From: Elusimicrobia bacterium RIFOXYD2_FULL_34_15
Lineage (GTDB): Bacteria; Elusimicrobiota; UBA8919
NCBI GenBank assembly: GCA_001800605.1
Contig: MGVS01000068.1
Span: 14,028 to 78,027, forward strand
Direction: 5' to 3'
Length of the DNA: 64,000 bases
A program made the translations under genes and the position numbers. Positions 9,659-18,993 of the stretch are shown piece by piece; position 1 is the first letter of the stretch; each line of letters opens with the position of its first letter. Under the pieces are notes generated by a model, which did not search any database, was not told the origin of the DNA, and worked only from the letters and a program-made list of their open reading frames with translations.

Positions 9659-11578
9659 ATGAAAAAGAAAGATATTATTTGGATTATATTTATTTTAATT
9701 ATTGTTGTTTTTCAATATAATGAAATTATTTTTCATAAAAAAATATTTTTTATGCGAGATTTAACATATCTTTTTCATCCTTGGAAGACCGCAGTATCAG
9801 AATCATTACTAAAAGGAAACATACCTTTATGGAACCCTTATTCATACTGTGGAATGCCTCTTTTAGCCAATTTCCAATCAGCAGTTTTTTATCCTTTTTC
9901 AATACTTTTTTATGTCTTTGGATTTATCAACGGTTTAAAACTTTTTACAATATTACATACTTTTTTAGGATCTCTATTTGTTTTTTTGTATTTTCGCAAT
10001 AAGAAATTCAAAATAATGCCTTCTTTTACAGTTGGGATAATATTCTCATTAGGCGGTTATTTAATAACAAAAATAGAATTTTTAAGCTTATATGGAACAA
10101 CCATCTGGCTTCCCTTGTTTCTTATGCTTTCTCTAAATTCTAATATATTTATAGGAGCATTGGTTTTCTCTTTTATTATATTTGCAGGATATCCACCTAT
10201 TATAATATTTTTCTTGACTTTATTATTTATTGAAGCATTTTTTGATAAGAAATTAAAAAATATTTTATTAATATTACTTTCCGGGCTTTTAGTATCATCT
10301 ATCCAAATTTTACCTTCGATAGAACTAATTTTAAACTCTATAAGAAAAAGCGGTTTGTCTATAACAGACACAACTGTTTGGTCGGCAAATTTTTCTGATA
10401 TTATATCACTAATTTCACCTATATTTTTAAAAGTTGAACAAACAGGCCTGTTCAGTGGTGAAAAATATTTTTGGTTAAAATCATTTTGGATAGGATTTAT
10501 CGCAGCTTTTATGGCAATCCTTGGAATAATTATCACAATATTTAATAAAGATTTTTATTTAAATAGAAAAAAGTCTATCGTATATTTGTGTTTGGTTCTG
10601 TTTTCGCTGTTTTTCTCACTTGGCAGTAAAACACCAATTTATATTTTTATATATAAATATATACCCGTATTTAATTTAATCCGGTATCCAGCTTATATAT
10701 TGTTAATTCCTTTCTTTATATTTATAATCTATATTGCAACCGGACTTAATAATATAAAAAAAGCATCATTTTTACTTACTTTTTTAATAGTTTTTGAACT
10801 TTTAATATATACTCACAAAATACATCCGACAATAGAATATAATTACTATTCTGAAAAAGGTTCAATTACCAATTTTCTTCAGAAAGATAAAGATTATTTC
10901 AGGTTCTTTCTGACTCCAAAAACTGCTTGGTCCGAAAAAATAAAGATACCTGATTACGGGAATATCGGATGGTATATTCTAAAGGATCGTCTTCCGGGAA
11001 TAACGTCAATAACATCGCACCTTTTTGATGCAGGAGGAATAGGGGAACCCATTGAAACAATAGAACATTCAAGATTTATTAATCAAATTCAATTAAAAAA
11101 CAGTGCTGATGATGCAAATGAACTTTTATCAGATGCAAATGTAAAATATCTTTTATGCGATGATATTATTAATTCAAAATTCTGGAAATTAGCATATAAA
11201 TCGCATCTATTTATTTACAAAAATAGTAATTTTGTTGAAAGAAGTTTTGTCATAGATAAAAATAATAAAAAAAGGGCATCAAATATTATTTATTATTCAC
11301 CTGACAAAATAAAAGTTGAGACAGTAAATTCGGGTAATCTTTTATTTTTAGATTCTTATTATCCGGGCTGGCAGGCATATATCAATGGTAAAAAAAGCGC
11401 TATTCGTAAAGATAACTATATCTTCCGTGCAATAACTTTAAAAAATTCAGATAAATATTTAATACATTTTCTCTATCGTCCTATTTTATTTACTATTGGT
11501 GTGTTGATTTCTCTTATATCAATTTGTATAATTATAATCTGTGATATACTTACTTTTACCGGCATTCAACGAAGCTGA
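9659..11578 (+). CDS. YfhO-family GT-C-fold membrane glycosyltransferase
   Basis: RDL..LF.P, PLWNPYSYCGMPLLAN, IRYPA, C-terminal DSYYPGWQAYING typical of YfhO-like proteins. Confidence 0.8.
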   Translation: MKKKDIIWIIFILIIVVFQYNEIIFHKKIFFMRDLTYLFHPWKTAVSESLLKGNIPLWNPYSYCGMPLLANFQSAVFYPFSILFYVFGFINGLKLFTILHTFLGSLFVFLYFRNKKFKIMPSFTVGIIFSLGGYLITKIEFLSLYGTTIWLPLFLMLSLNSNIFIGALVFSFIIFAGYPPIIIFFLTLLFIEAFFDKKLKNILLILLSGLLVSSIQILPSIELILNSIRKSGLSITDTTVWSANFSDIISLISPIFLKVEQTGLFSGEKYFWLKSFWIGFIAAFMAILGIIITIFNKDFYLNRKKSIVYLCLVLFSLFFSLGSKTPIYIFIYKYIPVFNLIRYPAYILLIPFFIFIIYIATGLNNIKKASFLLTFLIVFELLIYTHKIHPTIEYNYYSEKGSITNFLQKDKDYFRFFLTPKTAWSEKIKIPDYGNIGWYILKDRLPGITSITSHLFDAGGIGEPIETIEHSRFINQIQLKNSADDANELLSDANVKYLLCDDIINSKFWKLAYKSHLFIYKNSNFVERSFVIDKNNKKRASNIIYYSPDKIKVETVNSGNLLFLDSYYPGWQAYINGKKSAIRKDNYIFRAITLKNSDKYLIHFLYRPILFTIGVLISLISICIIIICDILTFTGIQRS

Positions 11579-12272
11579 AGGTATTGAAGTTTTAGTAAGA
11601 AATATTTCTTTTCAGCTTTCTAATCAGCAACATTCCATAATTATTGTCAATGATGGTTCTTTCGACAACACTCCAGATATATTAAAAAAACTACAACCAG
11701 AATTAAATCTTAATATAATAAATCACGAAAAAAATCTTGGTTTAGGTAAGGCGATGCAAACCGGAATAAATTATGTTTCATCAGTCATTAATAAAAACGA
11801 TATTCTAATCACTATGGATGCTGATAATACCCACCCTGTTGATTTAATGCAAAAACTTGAAGAGAAAATCAATAACGGTTATGATATTGCGATTGCTTCA
11901 AGATATGCATCCGGAGGAAAAGAAGTAGGATTGAAAAAGTATAGAAAGATTTTAAGCGGCGGTGCAGGAATAATTTTAAAACTTTTTTTCCCGATAAACA
12001 ATGTATCGGATTATACAAGCGGTTACCGTGCATATTCCGGAAATATAATTAAAAAAGCAAAAGATTTTTACGGGCAAAAGCTAGTAACAGTCTCAGGTTT
12101 TACTTGCATGGCTGAAATCCTTATAAAACTATCTAAAATAAACGCCTCTATATCAGAAGTCGGCCTAGTTTTACGTTACGACCTGAAAAGGGGGAAAAGC
12201 AAAATAAAAATCTTAAAAACTATTTTAGCATATTTTCATCTTATTTTGAGGTTAAAATTTGAAAAAGGCTAA
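11541..12272 (+). CDS. GT2 polyprenyl-phosphate glycosyltransferase (DPM1-like)
   Basis: LPAFNE, VNDGS.D, NLGLG, MDADNTH, ASRY, DYTSGYRAY. Confidence 0.88.
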   Translation: MIYLLLPAFNEAEGIEVLVRNISFQLSNQQHSIIIVNDGSFDNTPDILKKLQPELNLNIINHEKNLGLGKAMQTGINYVSSVINKNDILITMDADNTHPVDLMQKLEEKINNGYDIAIASRYASGGKEVGLKKYRKILSGGAGIILKLFFPINNVSDYTSGYRAYSGNIIKKAKDFYGQKLVTVSGFTCMAEILIKLSKINASISEVGLVLRYDLKRGKSKIKILKTILAYFHLILRLKFEKG

Positions 12273-13833
12273 AGTATTATTGTTATTTTCAATATTAGTA
12301 TTGTTTTTCTTTTACGATATAATATTTACAGATAAAATGTATCTTTTCAGAGATATATTGAATTTATTTATGCCATACCGGCTTTTTGCAGCAGAAAATA
12401 TTCAAAATGGAACTGTACCTATATGGAACCCTTATTCTTTTTTTGGTCAACCTTTTTTAGCTAATCCGGAAACTTCTTTATTTTATCCTTTTACAATTCT
12501 TTTTTATCTTTTCAAATTCACAATCGCATATAAAGTTTTTGTCATTTTGCATTTCTATCTAGCTTCAATATTTTTTTATTTTTTGGCAAAAACTCTTAAA
12601 ATAAAAAATTCATATGCTATATTTGGTTCAATTTGCTGGGCATTTGGCGGATATCTAATCACCCGTGTTGAATTTTTAAGTATTCTTGGCGCAGCGATTT
12701 GGCTTCCTCTTGCATTGATTTTTTTAATGAATAAAAATAAAATTTTACTCGGCTTGGTATTTGTTATGCAAATTTTTGCAGGCCACCCTCAAATTATATT
12801 TTATACAATTTTGCTGCTTTTATTTTTTCTTAAGAAAAATATTATTTATACGTTTATATTTTCTATTTTTTTTGCTTTGTTTTTGTCGTCTATTCAGATA
12901 ATACCTTCGTTTGAATTTATTCGCAGTTCAAACAGAGCAAAAGGAATTACTTATCAGGAAGCTTCGAGTGTTTCAATTTCACCTGCTGAAATTATCAAAA
13001 ACATTTTACCAATGAAAAATATAGATATTACAGGCAATTTTTGGCTTAAATCATTTTATGTCGGTTTGATTCCTTTAATATTTATTTTTACTTACTTTTT
13101 TAATAGCGATAAAAAGCTTCTCTTGCCTCTGATTGTAATATTAATTTTGGCATTAGGCAGAAATACTCCGGTTTATGAATTTCTATACAAATATTTGTTA
13201 CCTTTTTCAAGAATAAGATACCCGGCAGCAATAATGTTTCTATTCTCGTTCATAATCTGTTTAATGATTTCTAAATCAAATATTTACGATCTTTCAAAAT
13301 TTACACCTTTATTTATTATACTTACAATTTTTGATTTATATTTATATTCATATAAGCTTAATCCTAAAATATCTTCGGAATTTATAAATATTAAAACTAA
13401 AAATATATTAAACCTTCAAAAAAATACTGATGACGGAAAATATCTTGTTTTGCCCGACGTTTATTCAAACACATTGAACTATTACGATTTTATTAATACT
13501 TTACCTGCAAATGTTAATATACCTCATCATATTTTTAATGCTTCAGGGTATGACCCTCTAACGACAGAAGGGATAGAAACATTTGTTGAAAAGTTAAAAA
13601 ATGATACCAATGCCAAGGAATTATCTAAATATAATATCAAATATGTAATAACAAATAAGAATATTGATAATGGCTGGCGAAAATTGAAAAATAATATTTT
13701 CGAAAATAAATATTACAATACAAGTATATCTATAAATCCGCAAACATTTCGGCCTTGTCATATTTACTTTTTAGTTGGAATATGCTTAACTATATTTAGT
13801 ACCGTATTTCTTGCACTATACATTAAAATATGA
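12259..13833 (+). CDS. Second YfhO-like GT-C membrane protein (shorter paralog of 9659..11578)
   Basis: RDI..LF.P, PIWNPYSFFGQPFLAN, AGHPQ, FWLKSF, IRYPA shared with the upstream paralog. Confidence 0.78.
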   Translation: MKKAKVLLLFSILVLFFFYDIIFTDKMYLFRDILNLFMPYRLFAAENIQNGTVPIWNPYSFFGQPFLANPETSLFYPFTILFYLFKFTIAYKVFVILHFYLASIFFYFLAKTLKIKNSYAIFGSICWAFGGYLITRVEFLSILGAAIWLPLALIFLMNKNKILLGLVFVMQIFAGHPQIIFYTILLLLFFLKKNIIYTFIFSIFFALFLSSIQIIPSFEFIRSSNRAKGITYQEASSVSISPAEIIKNILPMKNIDITGNFWLKSFYVGLIPLIFIFTYFFNSDKKLLLPLIVILILALGRNTPVYEFLYKYLLPFSRIRYPAAIMFLFSFIICLMISKSNIYDLSKFTPLFIILTIFDLYLYSYKLNPKISSEFINIKTKNILNLQKNTDDGKYLVLPDVYSNTLNYYDFINTLPANVNIPHHIFNASGYDPLTTEGIETFVEKLKNDTNAKELSKYNIKYVITNKNIDNGWRKLKNNIFENKYYNTSISINPQTFRPCHIYFLVGICLTIFSTVFLALYIKI

Positions 13834-14972
13834 AACTAAAAATTTGCATGTTATTAGAAAGATTTCATCCTGTATTCGGTGGTACCGAATTGCAGGCACA
13901 AAGATTGGCAAGATCGCTTATAAACTCAGGGAATGATGTCTTTATACTTACTGCACGGCTTAAAAAGCTAAATAAATATGAATTATTGGATAATCTTCCA
14001 ATCTATAGAACCTTTTCTATTGGAAAAGGCCTTTTATCTTCTATTTGTTTCTTTATCTCATCTTTTTTATTTCTCTTTATTAATCGCAATAAATACGAAA
14101 TTATACATGTTCATTTAGCTTCTTCACATGCATTCTCTGCAATTTTAATAAAGAAGCTTTTTAAAAAAAGAATTATTTTAAAATTTGGCGGTGCAAGGAG
14201 CACAGGCGATATTGCTACTTCACTATCTAAACCTTTAGGAAAACTAAAACTAAATATACTAAAAAAATATTTTGATATTTACATTGTTCCTAGTAAAGAG
14301 GTTTTTGATGAAATAATTTCCGAAGGATTTTCTATAGATAAAACCCTTATAATTCCAAACGGCGTAAACACCGATATTTTTAAGCGAGTGGATTTGAATG
14401 AAAAAATAAACTTAAGAAAAGTTCTTGGTTTGCCTATTGACAAACAAATCTGTATCTATGTCGGAAGAATTGAAGAAGGGAAGGGTATTAATCTCCTTTT
14501 AAACATATGGAAAAATGTTACAGAAAATTACGTTCTTTTAATAATAGGTTCCGGTTCTTTACTTGAAAAATTTAAAAAATCTTTTCAAAATAAAAATATT
14601 GTTTTTTTGGGATTCAAGAATAATGTTAATAATTATTTACAAGCATCGGATTTATTCATACTGCCGTCTTTTGGTGAGGGCCTTTCCAACGCAATTCTTG
14701 AAGCAATGTCATGCGGTCTTGTTGCAGTAGCAAATAAAATACCCTCAAATGAGGAAATCATAATCGATAGGGACAATGGTATTCTTATAAATATAGATAC
14801 AATTAAGGATTTTCCCAATCTAATCAATCAGATTTTTTCAAACAAAGAAATGTTCAACAAATTATCTTTCTCTGCAGTTAAAACAATAGAAAATAGATTT
14901 TCTATTAATATCGTTACAAATTCATATATAAAACTATATAGAAACATTTTATCCAATTATAAACAAGCTTGA
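13830..14972 (+). CDS. GT4 glycosyltransferase
   Basis: GGTE, IPNGV, YVGRI...KG, EGLSNAILEAMSCG. Confidence 0.92.
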   Translation: MKLKICMLLERFHPVFGGTELQAQRLARSLINSGNDVFILTARLKKLNKYELLDNLPIYRTFSIGKGLLSSICFFISSFLFLFINRNKYEIIHVHLASSHAFSAILIKKLFKKRIILKFGGARSTGDIATSLSKPLGKLKLNILKKYFDIYIVPSKEVFDEIISEGFSIDKTLIIPNGVNTDIFKRVDLNEKINLRKVLGLPIDKQICIYVGRIEEGKGINLLLNIWKNVTENYVLLIIGSGSLLEKFKKSFQNKNIVFLGFKNNVNNYLQASDLFILPSFGEGLSNAILEAMSCGLVAVANKIPSNEEIIIDRDNGILINIDTIKDFPNLINQIFSNKEMFNKLSFSAVKTIENRFSINIVTNSYIKLYRNILSNYKQA

Positions 14973-15049
14973 TAAATTTTATTTTATAAGTTAAATTAGT
15001 GACGAAAATAACAGATTTCTGTTCTTACTCTAAAGATTACTAACCAAAT

Positions 15050-16615
15050 ATGAAAATAACATTAATTTCAGTAACAGATGATATAACTGCATTCGGGTTA
15101 AGAAGTATTTCATCCTATTTAAAAAAGGCGGGACATTCCGTACGGATGATTTTCCTGCCTCAACCATTTTACAAAGGGCAACTTTCCGCAAAATATCCGG
15201 ATAATATTATTGACGAAGCGGTAAATCTATCTAAAGACTCCGATTTGATAGGTATATCTTTAATGACTAATCATTTTGAAAGGGCTGTGCAGATAACTCA
15301 AAATTTAAAAAAACATTTTGACATCCCGGTCATCTGGGGCGGAATTCATCCAACTGTTAAACCCGACGAAAGCCTAGAATACGCCGATATAGTTATTATT
15401 GGCGAAGGTGAGGAAACTTTGCAGGACTTAACTTCAAAAATAGATGAACTTCATAAAGTAAAAGGGATATACTTTAAAGATACGTCAGGTAAAATTGTAA
15501 AAAATGAAATGAGACCGCTAATCTGTGATTTGGACACAATACCGCCGCCAGATTATGATATTGAAGACCATTTTGTAATTGAAGGGAATAAAATTTACAA
15601 CATGAATGTTCCTCTTTTTAGAAAATATTTAGCAAGAACTTACAAACCCGATACTTACTACACAATGGCTACGCGGGGATGTATTATGAATTGTTCTTAT
15701 TGCTGCAACAATTTTTATTCTAGATATTATTCCGAACAGAAGAAATTCAGAAAAAGAAGCACAAAACATATAATTGACGAATTGAAAGCTATTTTGAAAA
15801 AATTCGATTTTATTAAGGTAATAGCATATTCAGATGATAGTTTTTTTTCAATTAGTTTCGACGAAATGAAGGATTTTTGCATTGAATACAAAAAAAATAT
15901 AGGAATGCCCCTTCAAATACCGGGCGTCTCTTACTGGAACTTCAGCGAAGAGAAACTTAAGCTTTGCCTTGATGCGGGACTTGAAAGAATACGTCTTGGA
16001 ATACAAACCTGCAGCGAGCGTACAAACAGAGAAATCTACAAACGTAATGTTTCAAATAAAAAATTGCTTGATATTATTAAAACTATAGATAAATACAAAT
16101 CACTTATGGAACCGCCGATGTACGATTTAATTCTTGATAATCCATGGGAGACCGATGATGATATAATCGAAACGTTAACTTTTTTGATTGAAATACCGAA
16201 ACCATATCATCTTTCTTTACATTCATTAACATTTTTTCCAGGAACTGAACTCTATGAAAGAGCAAAAAAAGAGAAACTAATTATTGATGATTTAAACGAT
16301 GTTTACCGTAAATACTATTGTGATTTTAAAAGAAATACTTATTTGAATAATTTATTTTTGCGCTTCTGGCTATGGAATATACCGAAACCTGTAGAAAAAT
16401 TACTAATAAATAAAACTCTCATTTCGACCGGATTGTATCGCGTTACTAACTTAATGATTAATTTTATAAGGTTAATCGAACTATTTTTCAAAGGATTAAA
16501 ATCTTTATTTAGGGGAAACTTATCTTCAATTTATTCTTACTTATTAGAGAGAATAAATACCTACAGAATAACAAAATCGTTATACAAAACATCCCGTAAA
16601 ACCGCTAAAAAATAG
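15050..16615 (+). CDS. B12-binding radical SAM enzyme 1
   Basis: WGGIHPT..GEGE cobalamin-binding domain; TRGCIMNCSYC cluster motif; FPGT.L. Confidence 0.9.
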   Translation: MKITLISVTDDITAFGLRSISSYLKKAGHSVRMIFLPQPFYKGQLSAKYPDNIIDEAVNLSKDSDLIGISLMTNHFERAVQITQNLKKHFDIPVIWGGIHPTVKPDESLEYADIVIIGEGEETLQDLTSKIDELHKVKGIYFKDTSGKIVKNEMRPLICDLDTIPPPDYDIEDHFVIEGNKIYNMNVPLFRKYLARTYKPDTYYTMATRGCIMNCSYCCNNFYSRYYSEQKKFRKRSTKHIIDELKAILKKFDFIKVIAYSDDSFFSISFDEMKDFCIEYKKNIGMPLQIPGVSYWNFSEEKLKLCLDAGLERIRLGIQTCSERTNREIYKRNVSNKKLLDIIKTIDKYKSLMEPPMYDLILDNPWETDDDIIETLTFLIEIPKPYHLSLHSLTFFPGTELYERAKKEKLIIDDLNDVYRKYYCDFKRNTYLNNLFLRFWLWNIPKPVEKLLINKTLISTGLYRVTNLMINFIRLIELFFKGLKSLFRGNLSSIYSYLLERINTYRITKSLYKTSRKTAKK

Positions 16616-16712
16616 TCTTAAATCAATTAACTGTTTTATAGTGTAAATAAGTTTTCAATTTATATTGTTACGAATTTATATCTAAAACTCTACCGGGACA
16701 TCCTATCAAAAT

Positions 16713-16790
16713 GAGTTATAGAGTTTATTGAGTTCTTAGAGTTTTAGCGTTAGAATCCTATAACCCTATAACCCAAAAACCTATAAACTT
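16713..16790. repeat. Degenerate short tandem repeats in inverted arrangement
   Basis: GAGTT-based units (gagttata gagtttatt gagttctta gagtttta) followed by roughly complementary units (cctataac cctataac ccaaaaac ctataaac). Confidence 0.55.
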
Positions 16791-16806
16791 CCTCTAAAAA
16801 AAGAGC

Positions 16807-16863
16807 TTGACAAATATTGAAATATTGTTTATACTATATTTAGAACGTTTAATACGTTTTAAA
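16807..16863 (+). promoter_or_regulatory. sigma70 promoter with downstream palindromic operator
   Basis: TTGACA (16807-16812) - 17 bp - TATACT (16830-16835); TTTAGAACGT-N5-ACGTTTTAAA inverted repeat (16839-16863) over the expected start site. Confidence 0.75.
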
Positions 16864-16867
16864 CAAT

Positions 16868-17386
16868 ATGAATACTGATAATTTAAATATTAATTTTATA
16901 AGAATAATCGGCGAACTCGGCGCAAACTTGGGGTTAAACAGAAGTGTGGGCCAAATATACGGTCTTCTTTATATGAATGACGAACCATTATCACTTGATG
17001 ATATAGTCATTAAACTTAAAATGAGTAAAGGGAGTGTAAGTTTAAATATCCGTGAATTAGAAAGGTGGGAAGCTGTAAAAAAAATATGGGTAAGGGGTTC
17101 CCGCAAGGATTTCTATGAAGTTAATCCGGATTTTATTAATGTCATATACAAAAGAACGAATATCAGGACTAAGAAAATCTTAAATAGTTTTAATTCTGCT
17201 ATATCAGATTTCGAAAAAAACAATTCACTTAGTAAGGTTCAAAAAGAAAGACTCGTACAAATAAAAAAAATACAGGGTATTTTTCAAAGTATTTCAAATA
17301 ATTTGCCCGAGAATATTTCATTAAATATTATTTCAAAATTATCCTCATCATTATCAGTTTTAAAATCTATATTACCTAAAAAATAA
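16868..17386 (+). CDS. GbsR/MarR-family transcriptional regulator
   Basis: GLNRSVGQIYGLLY...PLSLDDI...L.MSKGSVS..IREL..W..V.K....GSRKDFY wHTH pattern. Confidence 0.88.
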   Translation: MNTDNLNINFIRIIGELGANLGLNRSVGQIYGLLYMNDEPLSLDDIVIKLKMSKGSVSLNIRELERWEAVKKIWVRGSRKDFYEVNPDFINVIYKRTNIRTKKILNSFNSAISDFEKNNSLSKVQKERLVQIKKIQGIFQSISNNLPENISLNIISKLSSSLSVLKSILPKK

Positions 17387-17395
17387 AGGTGAAAA

Positions 17396-18964
17396 ATGAG
17401 TACAAATATAAAAATTGCGAAAGCTTATGTCATTCTTATTACCGCAAGTGTTGTCGGCAGTATTTTGAGCTTAGGCAAAGAAATGCTTGTTGCCAAGTAT
17501 TTCGGAATTTCAAAAGCAATGGATGCTTTTTATACTGCTTTAACTATACCAAATTCTATTAACGCTATTACCGTCTCTACTTTTGGAATAACTTTTCTTC
17601 CTATTTTCGTGCAGTATAAAACTAAAGATAAAGAGGAAGCAAACCATCTGGCAAGTATTGCAATAAACTATATGTTTATTTTTCTTTTCTTAATTGCAAT
17701 AATTCTTTTTATTTTTTCTAAACAAATTGTAACTAATTTTTTTAATGGGTTGAACCCAGAAACATCTATGCTTGCAATAAATATATTGAAGATATTAAGC
17801 ATAACAATGATATTTACCGGTTTGGTCGGCACAATTACCTGGATATTAAACGCATTTGAAAATTTTTCTGCACCTTCATTTTCACAGATGTTTATAACAA
17901 TAAGCATTATAACCTTTATTTTCTTTTTTACTAAGAGTATGGGCGTTTATATTTTTGCATGGGGAACTCTTGCTGGTTTATTTATTCAATTTGTCTTTCT
18001 ACTGCCTTTTTTAAAAAGGAAAGGTTATAAACATTATTTTGATTTTAACATACGGCATCCTGCAATGAAAAAAACATTAAATTTCAGTTTGACATTTTTT
18101 TTGCTAGGAGTTATTTCAAGTTTGACAGCCATAATAAACAGATCTATGGCATCATGGCTGCCGTCCGGAAGTATTGCAGCGTTAGGCTATGCCGATAAAC
18201 TGGTGCAGGTGCCTTTGGTAATTTTTTCAGGTTCAATTGCAACCGCCATATACCCTTTTTTTGCGAGTCAATTTGCTGAAAATAAAATAGAGGACATGAA
18301 AGACACTCTTGCAACCAGCATAAAAATGACCGGTTTCATCTTTATACCTTTAGCCGTAGTTATGATTATTCTGTCAAAACCCACAATTCAAGCTCTATTT
18401 CAAAGGGGTGTTTTTGACGAACACGCAACAAATTTAACATCTATAATTTTTATATGCTATACACTTCAGCTTTTTTCCAATTTCGCAGTAGTAGTTATGG
18501 CAAGATTACTTCTTGTATTTCAGGATATGTTGAGTTATGTAAAAATAACAATAACCGGCATAGTGTTAACGGTAATACTAAATTTTATTTTTATTAAAAC
18601 GGTTAATCCGCCGGCAGCAGGAATCGCTCTTTCAACTTCCTTGGTGTGTCTAATTACTGCTATTCTTTATTTCATATATTTGAAGAAAAAAATACATAAT
18701 TTACATGGAATATCTATACTTAAATCGTTGAGTAAAACAACTTTTTTTGCTATAATATCAGGAATAATTATTTTTGTCGTTTTCCGAGAATTAAATGCAT
18801 TGATTCCAAAAATTTCACTTTTCAACCGGCTTTTTAAAATAATTTGTTCGGCATCTATAGGAATGGCATCTTTTATTGCAATATCATTTTTATTGAAATT
18901 TGAAGAAGCAGATAAAATTTATAAACTTGTAAAAACAAAAATTAGGAGTTTTGTTAAAAGATAA
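17396..18964 (+). CDS. MurJ/MviN-family (MOP) flippase, probably glycan-locus specific
   Basis: EMLVAKYFG, DAFY.A..IP, L.YADKLVQVP, LFQRGVFD, GIALSTS; polytopic membrane protein. Confidence 0.85.
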   Translation: MSTNIKIAKAYVILITASVVGSILSLGKEMLVAKYFGISKAMDAFYTALTIPNSINAITVSTFGITFLPIFVQYKTKDKEEANHLASIAINYMFIFLFLIAIILFIFSKQIVTNFFNGLNPETSMLAINILKILSITMIFTGLVGTITWILNAFENFSAPSFSQMFITISIITFIFFFTKSMGVYIFAWGTLAGLFIQFVFLLPFLKRKGYKHYFDFNIRHPAMKKTLNFSLTFFLLGVISSLTAIINRSMASWLPSGSIAALGYADKLVQVPLVIFSGSIATAIYPFFASQFAENKIEDMKDTLATSIKMTGFIFIPLAVVMIILSKPTIQALFQRGVFDEHATNLTSIIFICYTLQLFSNFAVVVMARLLLVFQDMLSYVKITITGIVLTVILNFIFIKTVNPPAAGIALSTSLVCLITAILYFIYLKKKIHNLHGISILKSLSKTTFFAIISGIIIFVVFRELNALIPKISLFNRLFKIICSASIGMASFIAISFLLKFEEADKIYKLVKTKIRSFVKR

Positions 18965-18993
18965 CTAATTAATACAGAAATTCTAGGTAAAAT

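Noticed and set aside
17396..18964. Housekeeping lipid II flippase murJ
   Set aside because: Family membership is clear, but its position at the head of a glycan operon suggests a dedicated flippase, so the symbol was withheld.
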